Assembly (NCBI GenBank): GCA_051294905.1
Contig: CM119373.1
Coordinates: forward strand, 33,046,001-33,110,000
Direction: 5' to 3'
Source of the DNA: Botryllus schlosseri
Lineage: Eukaryota
Length of the DNA: 64,000 bases
The position numbers and the translations under genes are program-made. Positions 25,213 through 37,304 of this stretch are shown one piece after another. How positions within the stretch are numbered: the first letter of the stretch is position 1; each line of letters starts with the position of its first letter. A model generated the notes under the pieces. It saw only the letters and a list, made by a program, of their open reading frames with translations. It did not search any database and had not been told where the DNA came from.

Positions 25213-26979
25213 TAGTTAGTGAAGCAACTTTGACAGTAATATTGTACTTGCATATAGTTATATTAAATAAGCTATACCACTGGCAAACAAAAACAAAATG
25301 ACTTCTGGGTATTTTGGGGCTGCTGAGTCCGAGAATAACATTTGTGACCATGATTTGGCTCTATTTTTTGAGATATTGATATTTTTTATTAAAAAAAATA
25401 GTTAACTTCAGTAATTGTCAAATGTGAACAGAAGTATCAGTAACATGCATATTGGGAATTTCTCCTAATCCAATGCGTTACTTATTCTGAACCAGATACA
25501 CTACTATGTCTATTCGCTATTGTAGCATCCCATTCGTTCAGAAACAAGGCATTGAATACACTCCATTTTGGACAGCACAAGTTATTTAGCTGTAGCCTAT
25601 ATACAGTATGTTGCTGTAGTGTATGTCATTAACGTCATGAGAGATTTCCTCAGCTTTCTGCAAACTATACAGCGTCACACAGTAAACCAGGCGATGGGTG
25701 TGTAATAGTAGAAGCATCATTCTGATAAGCTGCAGTTTATTTGTAGGCTTTTGTTAACCACATGCAGTGTCGAGTAGCCTACTCCCTGCAATTATCACAT
25801 GACATTAATATCTCATTTGATAGCTATGTAGTCATAGCGTAGTTCTATAGTTGTGTAAGGGGCGTTGAAACCGTATTAATGTACTTGGAGCGTTACAAAA
25901 AGTAGCGCTTGTGCTTTGACTTCAGCTGTTTTTGTTTGCTGCTAATATCGCCTTATTATGCTTGATCTTCACATGAAACATGATTCTCGTTTGCAAGGCT
26001 CTCTGTGTTAACGATTGCGTATTTAGCGATATCGCTTCAGAACTAGAAGAATAAGATATGCCCATGCTCGAAGACAGAGGTAGACTCATCAACGTTGTAG
26101 AAAAAGAGAATTTCACCTAAGTAAAAATTTAGTATTTTTCGCATTTTTTAAATTGAAATATGAAATATCTCGAGAAATGGAGCTAATTCGGACAAACTAA
26201 TGTCAATTTTTTGATTCAGCGACACGCAAGTACCCTTAGACCATTGAAACTTTCTTGGCACCGAAATGTGTCTTTATCAGTGTATTACACGCCGAAACAT
26301 ACGTCTTGATGTGTCCTGTACCGGAATTTATAGCAGTCGCCTAAATGCCGGTGCCTAATAGTCACGTACCAGCAGTTTGCACGGCCCATCCACGGACTAA
26401 ACATTCCCGTACGCTTTTTTGAATATAATATTTATACTATTATTTGGATATGGTTATATCCATACAAAATTAAAATGTCCATTGACAGGAAATCGCGCGT
26501 AGCGGAAGCAAAGTTTTTCATTTGAACAAATATACCCAGAAACATTCACCTGTGTTGGTTTGCGAAATGATTTTGGGTTTTAAATAGGGTATAATTCCAC
26601 GATGCATATGGTACTCCCTTTTGAGGTACTTGCTTGGTACCCCCAGACACGGACCACTGGTTCAGAACCCATGTACTAGAAATAATACTCTACTCCCAGT
26701 TCAGAAATCACAGACAGCCCCGTGACGTAGGCTGCGAAGGAAAATTTGTTCGTAGGTGATTTGGTGACCAGAGTTTATCGACCGCTGTGGTTGTTTTACA
26801 CGGTGCGATATGTTTCGGTCAGATGTGTTTCGGACTGATGTGTTTCCAAAACTCCGACTCCGCGTTGGTGAAAATTCTGCGACCCCGCCTATCAACAACC
26901 GTGGTATCATTATATTTTGTAGTCAAATTAAAATGTTGGTGAGTCAATATAATGCTACTTTCGTCATTGTAGCACTTAC

Positions 26980-27069
26980 CATAAATGTACTGGTCTCCTG
27001 CAACAACGTTCACGGTAGAATTTCCAAACTGTTGAGTGACGTGTTCACCTTCAGCCAATATTGCTTGTC
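26980..27069 (-). CDS. NLR-like gene: 90-nt phase 1-1 exon with RHIM-like motif
   Basis: TTTTGTACCTTAATAG|GA ... TATG|GTAAGT. Open: QAILAEGEHVTQQFGNSTVNVVAGDQYIY(G). In frame with the MAEGG start exon (A|GA = Arg). Confidence 0.75.
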
Positions 27070-28877
27070 CTATTAAGGTACAAAACGTTGTAACAGGGCA
27101 TTTTCATTTTTTAATCGATAACATATGATCCTCAATTTCAGCTGCGCATGAGTCCACCTATGCGACGAGTAAATATAGTTATATCGCCGGAATTATGTCA
27201 ATACCAGCTTGAAGAGGGCTAAACTAATATAAAATTGTTGGAGCTAAGTATTGCAACACAGTTTAAAAAAATGTTAATTTTGAAGCATTCCGATATACGG
27301 TATCCTGGTAAAATATTTCTTATTGTCCTCGCATTATGTAAATCGAAATGTTATTGTCAATTTCTCGATTAAAATCGATGCTGGTTGAATATGTGTTCGA
27401 ACGTGGTAACTCGGGTCATTGGTGTACTTGCGAGAGTGGGAAAAATCGGAATTCAATGAGTTAGGAATACTCCAAATAGGATCTCATTGATTTTATTAAT
27501 CGATAAAGGATAAAATTTCACACTACTTAGCAAACACCAAAATCTTGAATAACAAGAGAAATTAAAGACGATGGTTATTACGGTAAATAATGAACGCACA
27601 CCCAGCATCAATATTAATAGATTGATATTGTCATAAAATGCATATAAGAGCACATGAAGACAAGGGAAAAGCTAAATAAGTTCGTCTCTGACTGCTATAT
27701 CTCAGGTTGACTGACTGTTGAGTAGAAATAAGAAAACAATTGGTCTTTCTCATCAATGCTACTAGCTTGTGGAAATATTAATTCTGCTCTTTGTATAATA
27801 GCAATGATATAGCGCGAGGTATATATAAAAGTGAAGCATGAACCATAGGCTTAGCCGGAGAATTATGTGGTTTTCAAAAAATAAATTTGATGACGTAAAA
27901 GACCCCCTCCGCTTGTAAAGACATGGAAAATAGGGGTAAAAACGATGGTGCTGGGCCAATATTGGACGAATTACACAACATATAGGGGATCTTCATACGT
28001 ATATTCCACCCACAGACATAATGGTAATATTATGCAAAATCAGTATGCCATCACTTCCGCGAGTAACGCGAAATTTATTCGAACTTGCTGTATGAAATCA
28101 GGTGATAATATTGTTACTTGCATATTTCATGTACGATATCATTTCAGATTTACGGTAGAAATAGTCGCCTACAAAAAACATTCAATTTAAAACAAACATG
28201 TTGTTTATTTTATTTTTTTCTAGTTGTGACGTCACGACTCTTTAATTTTGAAGTCACATTGGATTGACATAGACAATTGAAAATAGAGGGTAAATATGGC
28301 TCTTTCGACGAAAAGGGCTTCCGACCACTGTAAACAGACCAAAATATCTTTAACCGGGACTATATCGTTATGCAGAATTTTTACGGTCGGCGGTCATCAT
28401 CACCAGAACACCTATTCTGTGCCAATAATCCATATCTACTTGCTATAACTGTTAAAACGTCGACGATTCCGAGGGTTCCAACCACTCCACAATGTATAAA
28501 GCGACTATATGGTATGCAAATCATCCGTAGGCTAGTAGCCTACTACATGTTTTTATGACAGTAATTACACAACTATGCCTAATTATACAACGTTTAAAAA
28601 AACTTCTTTAAGGCATTTGTCTAAAACACCATTTAAAACATGTTTTAAACAAAGTGTTATAAAAGACCATTTGCTCTAAATGCAACCCTACCGGTAGATC
28701 TGAATGAAGCGGTGTCTTCAAATATTTTGTGAAAATGTAATTATACATCTTGAGCTATATGTTCAATGTTCATGCCAGACGGTAAGACTATTCATGAGTT
28801 TGTCGAGCGTGAGCGTCGATCAAGCACACCGTCATTGCTGTTTGTTATTCATGTTGTTTCGATAGTATTTATCAGTT

Positions 28878-29650
28878 GGTCATTTTACCCAAGGCCGGTA
28901 TTTTTATTATGATTCCGCACCTACCGACTTGACGCACGGCCCACTACTAGGATTTGTAAGACAACGCTATAAAAACCTCCAACACTTAAGCAGGAATTCT
29001 GGATTTGACCTCAGTCGGACTCAAGGTTGTAATGACTCGAGTCATGACTCGACTCGATTCAGACTCGACTCACGATTTTTGATGACGCGACTGACTCGAG
29101 TCAATCTGTGCATTGACTCGACTTGGACTAGAGTCATTGCGCATGACTCGAGACTCAGACGACCAAGAACGACATTTCATTGTAATTTCGAAGAACAGTA
29201 AAGTAACCACCCTATTTGGATTACGTCTATTGGTACTGGTACTTGAAAGTGCGACCAGAAACTTTTAAAAGTGAGGGAAATTAGTATATTATAAATACGA
29301 ACCATTCGATATGACCAAACAGAGGTATAAAAGTGGATTAAACAAGACTTTAAATGGAAACTGAGCAGTCAACACAATGACTTGGACTCGGACTCGAGTC
29401 ATATTACCATGACTCGAGACTTTAACTGGAAACTGAGCAGTCAACACAATGTCTTGGACTCTGACTCGAGTCATAATACCAGGACGCAGACTCGAACCTC
29501 TGCTCGATGACTTGGACTCGAACTTGACTCATTGGGAATTGGAAATGACTCAACTTGACTCAGAGCTTTGTGACTTGGTTACAACCCTGGTCGGACTCGA
29601 TCCCGCAGCCCATTGGTGTTGTGGCAGTGGAACGTACCACTGTACGCGAT
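28878..29650 (-). mobile_element. tRNA-derived SINE copy interrupted at its B-box by a hAT MITE
   Basis: Body 28878-29021 is similar to the other SINE copies. Head 29590-29650 has B-box-like GGATCGAGTCC on the minus strand. Confidence 0.7.
29022..29589. mobile_element. hAT MITE with GACTC(G) subterminal arrays, 568 bp
   Basis: TIR CA(A/G)GGTTGTAA. Perfect TSD GTCGGACT at 29014-29021 and 29590-29597. Internal duplication of about 70 bp near 29350-29480. Confidence 0.92.
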
Positions 29651-30203
29651 CTTGTTTATACCAACCGCCATTATCGCTGCCATGCTTTTATCACATGATT
29701 TGTGGAGAAAGATCGCTCACGCGTTGCTACAACAAATTAAAAGATAAACTACTTTCGTGAGGCAAGAACGATTTCCAATATGCGGAATATTGTCCTCTGC
29801 TGATCGAATTTGTACCACTGAACTCATAATGCACTATGGCCATCCGGCACGATCTTCGGCCAAGGTTCTATCACCGTCGATCTTTCTGGGATCGCGCGTA
29901 TGGTATGTCTATTTTTGCGCCGAAAAGCTGTTGGCTATTATCCCCGCAACCGCAGCCAGCACACAGTTTTATTGAATTCTGTACTTCGTTCGTATTTTTG
30001 TTTGAGGCTATCTACTCAATTTTTATTTATCGTAACACTGCATGTTATACACAACAATTGATAAAATCTACTGTCACCAATCCCACTTTACATGACACGA
30101 AGCGCGAAAAATAAATTTCAAGTTGAATATCTTTGCTCAAAAATTTATCCATATTATGTTTACGTACGAAAATTTTCGATATTTGAGGGGAAGGGGTTGC
30201 ATG

Positions 30204-33200
30204 CAGTGGTGGCTTTTGGGGTAGGCGAGGTAGGCGGTCGCCTAGGGCCCCCCTGGTTGATTTACGCGCTTTCGAGGGCCCCCCCTCCTCGGTTTACGCA
30301 CTTTTTCCAACTATTTCTCCAGTTTACGCGCTTTTTTTCAAGCATTACCATTTTCTGAATAACCGCGGAATCCTTGTATCCATAAAGAATATGGTATTGT
30401 ACCGTAAAGACATCGAATCTCATTTTTTAGTAATCATTTTACGAATAACCACAAAAATCCATGCGCCAATTTAGAATATGGTACCGTAAGCAGTAGTCGA
30501 TCATTAAATTTCTGCGCTAGTTGCAAGAGCTCACTTTGATTTGATGATCTCTATCTATTTTGCCATTAGCTAAAGGCCCCCCCCTCCTACATTTACGCAA
30601 ATGTTATCATTTTGCAAATAACTGAAAATACATGTACCCATGTAGAATGTAATACCACACACAGAAGTCAATCATTAAATTACTGCACCTGCTAAAAGCT
30701 TACTTTGATTTTATGAGGGGGGCCCCTTCTTCATTTACGCGATTTTTGGTTATCATTTTACGAATAACCGTGAAACTACATGTACCCATGTAGCATATGG
30801 TACCGTAAACAGTAGTCGATCATTGAATTTCTGCATCCGCTTAAAGAGCTTACTTCGATTTTATTAGCCCCCCCCCCCCCTACATTTATGCGAATTTTAG
30901 TTATCATTTTGCGAATAACCGTGAAAATGTATGTACCGATGTAGAATATGGTACCGTAAACCGTCGATCATTAAATTTCTGCATCTGCTAAAAGAGCTTA
31001 CTTTGATTTTATGAGCCCCCTCCCTTACATTTATGCGAATTCTAGTTGTCATTTTACGAGTAACCGTGAAAATATATGTACCCATGTAGAATATGGTACC
31101 GTAAACAGTAGTCGATCATTAAATTTCTGCACCTGCTAATAGAGCTTACTTTGATTTTATGAGCCCCCCCTCCATTTATGCCAATTTTAGTTTATCATTT
31201 TGCGAATAACCGTGAAAATACATGTAGACCTACCCATGTAAAATATTGTCTTGTAAACGGTGTTCGATAATTGAATTTCTGTGCTTGTTAAAATAGCCTA
31301 CTTCGATTTTATGTTAATGAGGTCATATCGTAACATGGAATGAATTATTATTGAGTATATATTTCCTAGTGGCAGCAGTGTATATTTCAGTGCATCAAAA
31401 TTTTCCAGTATAAGTTTGTGAGATTCTACTTGCTAGCTCTTGATGCCAGCTTTCATATGATACCGTATGTTAATTGATAATGAACCGTGTCCACACTGAG
31501 CCTGAATATCCAAAATATCAAAGGAAATAGTCATTTGAAAGCCAATGAAAGCATAGGCTATTATAGCCTATATATTGTTGTTTACTGAGCCATTCTCTTG
31601 ACTCAACAGATAAGTTGTGAATTGGGCCTTTTATGAATGGAAATCCATTCTCAGGGTTGGCATGATGGTAAATTTGTTCATTTCTTGTCTGCGGATTAGC
31701 AGCGTATTTTCAAAGCTTTACCATGCTCAATGTGCCCCCGGTACAGTCGGTCAGAAAGTGTTTATGGTGTTGTCAGAAAGTGTTTTTTTATCACAGGTGG
31801 ATGTCTTTTAATTGGTGGTGTACTATAGATAGATATGCAATACATCTTGCATGCAGGAAAGTTTCTAGCGGCCTGATGCCCGATATTTTATGCCTCAAAA
31901 ATCTATGTCGATACTTGAAAGGTTTGAATGGCTATCATTGAGAAAGGTGTACGAAAGGCTACATATATTCAATTTGTTGTGAGGTTGATAATTTAATGTG
32001 ATGTCACAGAAAAAGACCAAAATGTGACCAAACAATTAGCAATGGAATCAATTTCAGCAGGGCAGAGGAAAGAATTAAATGATCACAAGGCAAGTTTTTG
32101 CAACTTTTTTTTACAGCTTCTGGCAGCTTCCTAAATACTCGGTAGTTATGTAGTATGGTGTTTTAAGCTGTTTGGAGGAATCTTACATTGCGACTTTTCT
32201 TCATTTTTTCAAGCAACTTTTTGCAGCTTTTCGATTTTTCATGCAACTCACTTTTTACTGGAAATATTTGGTACTTTATGTAATTAGATCGCTTGATTAT
32301 CATCACTGTCGTTTAAATTTGAGGTCATTTCTCAGTTGACATACATTCAGGCTAGACCGCCGTAAATTATATTAGCCTACTACTGGGTCAATTTTTTCAG
32401 GCTATTGATTTTGTTGAAGGCGCCAACACTGAGTTTTGCGACAGTGCCTTGGATACGCATCGATTCGAGTATCTCATACCTTAATAATGTCAAGAAACGT
32501 ATCCATAAATGTACTTTTTTAGTGTAACTTTAGTGAAAATTAAATGAAAAATAAATGCAACTTTTTACTTCAACTTTTATGAAAAATATGTGCAACTTTC
32601 CACGGATTTGACTGCAACCAAAATTTGCCCTTAGATCAGGTGTTGCATAAGACAATTTTGACCATTACACTCTTGAAATGGGCTACCAGTTCAATATAAA
32701 TGTGACTCGGTAAACAGCATATTTAGTAAGGGGCACTCGTCAGTTGACAACCGTACCTTTCATTAGCTACGATGAGTTTGGTATCACTCAGTTATATGTT
32801 ATGTTGTAATTGGTAGCATCAGTATCTCCTAATTACTGCAGTCAAGTACCTGTTACAATGCCGCGAGTACATGCTAAATGTAAGTCAGGATCTCAGAAAA
32901 GGAAGTGGTTCAGATTTGGAAAGAAAGTGACAATGCAAATTTTGAACTGCGACACAAATATTTAACCATCTATTTCAGCTCAGGAATGTTCTGCACAAAT
33001 TGAGGATGATGCTGTTTTTCCACCAACTATATTGCCTTGTAGACTTGAATGATGTAACAGTGCTTTCAAATACGTGTATTGTATTTGATTGTAGTGGTCT
33101 TTTGTCTATGCTAGTTGTGGCGTTTTAGGTTCAATCCAACCAGGCAAGTTCTTACAGACAAAAATTTTTTTTCTATAACTTACAATTTTTTAATTAGTGC

Positions 33201-34054
33201 GTGTTGTTTCGTGTGTGTAACTGTTTATTTACAAATTGCGCTGCTACTATAGTACCGTATGTCCGTATACTTCAAAGTTTGTTGTTGTTGTCATTGTTAC
33301 AATGCGAATATCATGGTTTGTGATTTTGATTGTTGCGTCATACTTTGCCGTTTTGATTTTGCTTTTAAATCTGTGCAGTTAACTCTTGAAGAGAGGCACC
33401 CAAAAATTATCCGAGTTCAATAAATATTATATTACAATGGATGTTGTATTGAAAGCTGTATTCTTACAGATCATGGAACTAGCTCTTCACAGGTGATACC
33501 AGTACTGATGTGTTCCTGTGGTATTACTGGTGTTGTACCACATTGCCGCACATTTTGCTTTTATGCCTTATCATGCAACAAAATCTTCTTTATAGCAAAA
33601 AGATAGGCCCAATCCAGCACCTGGCTGAAACCTTGACGTGGTGTGCTGGCTTATTACTAATGTCAGCCGACAGCTTTCTGGATTTAAGTGGTATATTTGG
33701 CGTGCAGTTGCCTTGTTATACTATTATGTCATGCTACATCCCATAATTCTTCTACATAGGTGGGTCTGGACACGCGCTGTAGTTCACTTGAGTCACTTGT
33801 TTTCGAATATGCCAAGTCGATTATTGTACTGTGGCATGACATTATAATTATTTTATATGCTGAAAGTTTCAACATGATGTACAGAGAAAGCACTACCGGA
33901 AGAGCGTATACGTGGTGTAGAACAATAAATGTATCGTTAAGCGCTAGTGAGGGGGGTCTGGGGGGCGTAGCCCCCCGTAAGTTGAGATAATATAGATAAG
34001 GAGGGCGCCCCCGGAAGTTTTGCCTAGGGCCCCCCAATCGTAAGGCCACCACTG
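30204..34054 (+). mobile_element. Large non-autonomous hAT element (3851 bp)
   Basis: TIR CAGTGGTGGC(T/C)TT. Perfect TSD GTTGCATG at 30196-30203 and 34055-34062. GCCTAGGGCCCCCC at both ends. Short ORF MPRVHAKCKSGSQKRK (32858-32965) resembles hAT transposase N-termini. Confidence 0.9.
30255..31310. repeat. Minisatellite, unit about 145-165 bp, roughly 6-7 diverged copies, inside the hAT element
   Basis: Recurring TATGGTACCGTAAA...GTCGATCATTAAATTTCTGC...GAGCTTACTTTGATTTTATGAG(C)n block, e.g. near 30478, 30798, 30948 and 31093. Confidence 0.9.
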
Positions 34055-34284
34055 GTTGCATGGCCACTTTGGCCCTTCTTCTGACTACGCCTATGGCTTG
34101 AACCAACACATCAAATAGACTATTGACAAAGTCCAAAGACGGAGGAAACGAAACAGATGAAGAAATCTTTTGAGTAATTTTATATATTAGAAAAGGATAT
34201 TTGTGACGAAACGACTGCTACGTGGACATTCGTAAACGAATAATCTTTCCTATAAAGAGCAAGTCGTGAAAACAGCCAACTCAC

Positions 34285-34348
34285 TTTCGATAGGTTCAGA
34301 TGATGGAATGATACTTTGACCACGTGGTTTGTGTCCTCCTTCTGCCAT
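34285..34348 (-). CDS. NLR-like gene: putative first coding exon MAEGGHKPRGQSIIPSSEPIE
   Basis: ATG at 34348, strong donor AAA|GTGAGT (phase 1), acceptor at 34370. Possible 5'UTR exons at 34454-34418 and 35323-35248. Confidence 0.6.
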
Positions 34349-36246
34349 TGAAACAGTTTGATATCTCTTCTGATTGTAGACTTCGCTTAATAATCAACAA
34401 CTAATTTTTCTAGTTACCTGTTGTATTCAAACAGTTGCTTTGACTTGGTTGAATCTGTAGCGGGACAGATGATAGTAAAACTCGATATAATCATGTTCCG
34501 ATGGAAAAGGATTCTTGATGAAACGTTGTCATTTACATCATGAGTAGAGTTCGCAATATTTGTATAGCTGAGACGAATGGGGACTTGTGACAAGATTGGG
34601 TTGTAGGGCAAGAGCTGACAATTTCGCGAAATTGTCGTCATAATGACGTCACAATGACCATTATTCCATGGAAATGTGACTTCATCGTTGTCACACGAGT
34701 GCTATAGAGTTAGGAGCGGTGCTTTTATACCGGTGTGTCGTGAGAGGTGCCTTCAGAGTACCTTTTGCTATTGTCGCAGTTTCGAGTTGTTCGCGAAAAA
34801 TTCTATCAATCGAAGTGGACTATTCAATTCTAGCTCGCAGTATCACATATGCAGAGAAAGTCCGCTATATTCGCCGCCACGAAAACGGAATTCATGAAAT
34901 TTAATTGTATCAAATACCCGAAAAAACGTGTTGATTCTTATCTTCAAGCTCATCGTACCGGCAGAAAAATATATGGCATAACCTTCATTGATGTGGGTCC
35001 TCACATCAACTGTAGCGGCCGAACAATTTGTATTTACCTTCACTATCCATTTACTGTACACTTGGGAAATTCCGTGTGCTTTAATACTCTGTGTGGAATA
35101 CAGAAATCCAGTGCTATGTACCTCGGAAAACAAATGCAACAAATAAGTATGCTACATCGAGTCAAGATCATCATTTTGAATGCCATCTACTTTTCCAAGA
35201 CCACAGGCAGTTACCAGACTCGTAATTATGATTTCGGATAAACTTACAACTTCTTAGCGTTGAAGCGGATATGACGTAGGGCGAAGGTCTTGATGATGTT
35301 AAACTTGTGTAATCCGACTCCATGACGTGATTTGTACAATTCGATGCGTATATCTTCCTCTCGACGGACCGGTGTCTACACGGCAGTGAACGACTTGTTG
35401 ACCGACGTACCACACAGCCTGTCTTGTACAGAAGTGCTTCGAGATCACACGGAAAACGTTCTTGTTTTCTGTCTCCACGACTTGTTAATTTAGTGAGTCA
35501 ATTTTTCCAAAATATGGTGTCGAACGGAAGGAGTAGGCCTAGATCCGAATAAGTTTACGTTGTATCACACATAGATATATATACGTATTCCTTTCCATCG
35601 ATATTTAACACCCTACACATATTATATCACAAAACGTCGTGTCGGGTCGTCATTTCCTACATAACGTTTCGAGATACTACATGGACTTCAAATCTATGTG
35701 ATACCCAGTGGTTTCTCGTCCTATATGGCAACCGGGTCATTGGTTCACCTAAAATTCTGTTCTATTAAAATGATTTACCATTTGTAGACGCGCAGTAATC
35801 ACCATATACCGTAATCACGGTGAAAATTGCATTCTTCGCTTTTACTATATAGCGAAGTTTCTGCGAAAATCGAATTAACTTCTATCGAATTATCTCATGC
35901 GTTTTCGCTTTGTAAATGCCTAGATATGCCCCGATAACGCCCAACACTAGCTTTCCTCTCCTGTTGTCTCAAAGCCGCTCACAATAAAGCAACGGTGATT
36001 TACTCTGTCTATTCACCATCATACTAATACCAAATACCATACCACCATAATAATTGTCCAGACTTGGTCTTGTGGTGGTGTTATTAAACACTGCTTCAAG
36101 TTTCAGGGTTGCTACTCAAGAATTAGGGTAGCAATTTCGTTTCCGAAGTTGAGTGTGTGCTGATTCAGATTCTACTCAGAAGCCCGTATTGGTCTCCATT
36201 GATTTTAATGATGCTCCCTACCGAATTCTGTCATGATCTTTTACAC

Positions 36247-37304
36247 CAGGGGCGGGCAACTTCTCCAGCCGGCGGGCCGGATATAGGAAAATTATGTACT
36301 TGGCGGGCCGGATTGCTGAATCGATGTATTATTCGCCCATTTAGCCACATATACAAGGTGTAAATCGCATTTAATGAATGTATTTAACGACAGCAACGTC
36401 ACTTCAAAGCCATTTCTCGCCGATAATGACGAAGACAATGTGAATTTGAGAACAGCATTGTCATACCGGTGCCGCCATGTCTGCTCCTCTCTGATCAATC
36501 AACACACGCAGCAATCACTAATTCAGATTTCAAGGCGTTCGATAAGCCCAGTACCCCAAATGTATTAAGATATCAATTCATTAGGGCTGAATAGGTGACG
36601 TGATAGAGTCGTTGTTCAACTGTGTGGCCTATTTTATGTCGATATTTAATTCATGTGGATCGCGGCTTCTACGACATTTGAAAAGTGGCCCGCGACCCGG
36701 CTACGGAATCAAAAATAAGGAATATCGGCCTGGTGTTGTTTGTTTGTTTGTTTTGGGGTATTCATGGTGTTTGTCGACTACTATGGTCATTTACACCAGG
36801 CCGATATTCTTCTTATTTTCCGTAACTGCCGACTTATAGCACGGCCCACCTCTAGGCTTTTTGTAAGACACCGCTGACGCGGATGAGGTGGCGAGGAGGA
36901 GCCTAGGTAAACCTCCAACACTAAGAAGATATCGGAATGCGGAAGTCGACCTCGGTCGGACTCGAACCCGCACACATCGGCGTTGCAGCCGCAGATTATA
37001 CCACTGCGCTATCTCGCCACATATCGGCCTGGTGTAAATGACCATTGTAGTCGACAAACACCATGATTACCACAAACGATATTAGGGTTGAGTACATCGT
37101 AAATGCCGATAATGCAACTCTTCGTTTCGACGAACTTACGCGTAAGCTCCATTCTCGCACGCTGCGCAGTGCGCATACATGTATTGTATATAAAAACATA
37201 CAGTCACTAAGCAAGTAACGGGGAATCTCGGCAGACTGTAGCCGCGGGCCGCATTATCATATAAGACGGAAAACTGTCCGCGGGCCGTATGTTGCCCACC
37301 CCTG
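36247..37304. mobile_element. hAT (Buster/Charlie-like) MITE with a nested SINE
   Basis: TIRs CAGGGGCGGGCAAC / GTTGCCCACCCCTG. Perfect TSD TTTTACAC at 36239-36246 and 37305-37312. Confidence 0.9.
36736..37018 (-). mobile_element. Full-length tRNA-derived SINE
   Basis: Head GGCGAGATAGCGCAGTGG (A-box TAGCGCAGTGG), B-box GGTTCGAGTCC (36968-36958), CTGCAAC loop (GCA, Cys-like, tentative), (CAAA)n tail. Several truncated copies in the window. Confidence 0.88.

Noticed and set aside
29835-29892. Possible Tc1/mariner WP..SPDL.P.D..W-like remnant
   Set aside because: Needs several indels to fit and has no supporting flanks.
36940-37018. tRNA-like sequence as a genuine tRNA-Cys gene
   Set aside because: The acceptor stem does not close and the head is fused to a repeated body with a CAAA tail, so it is a SINE.
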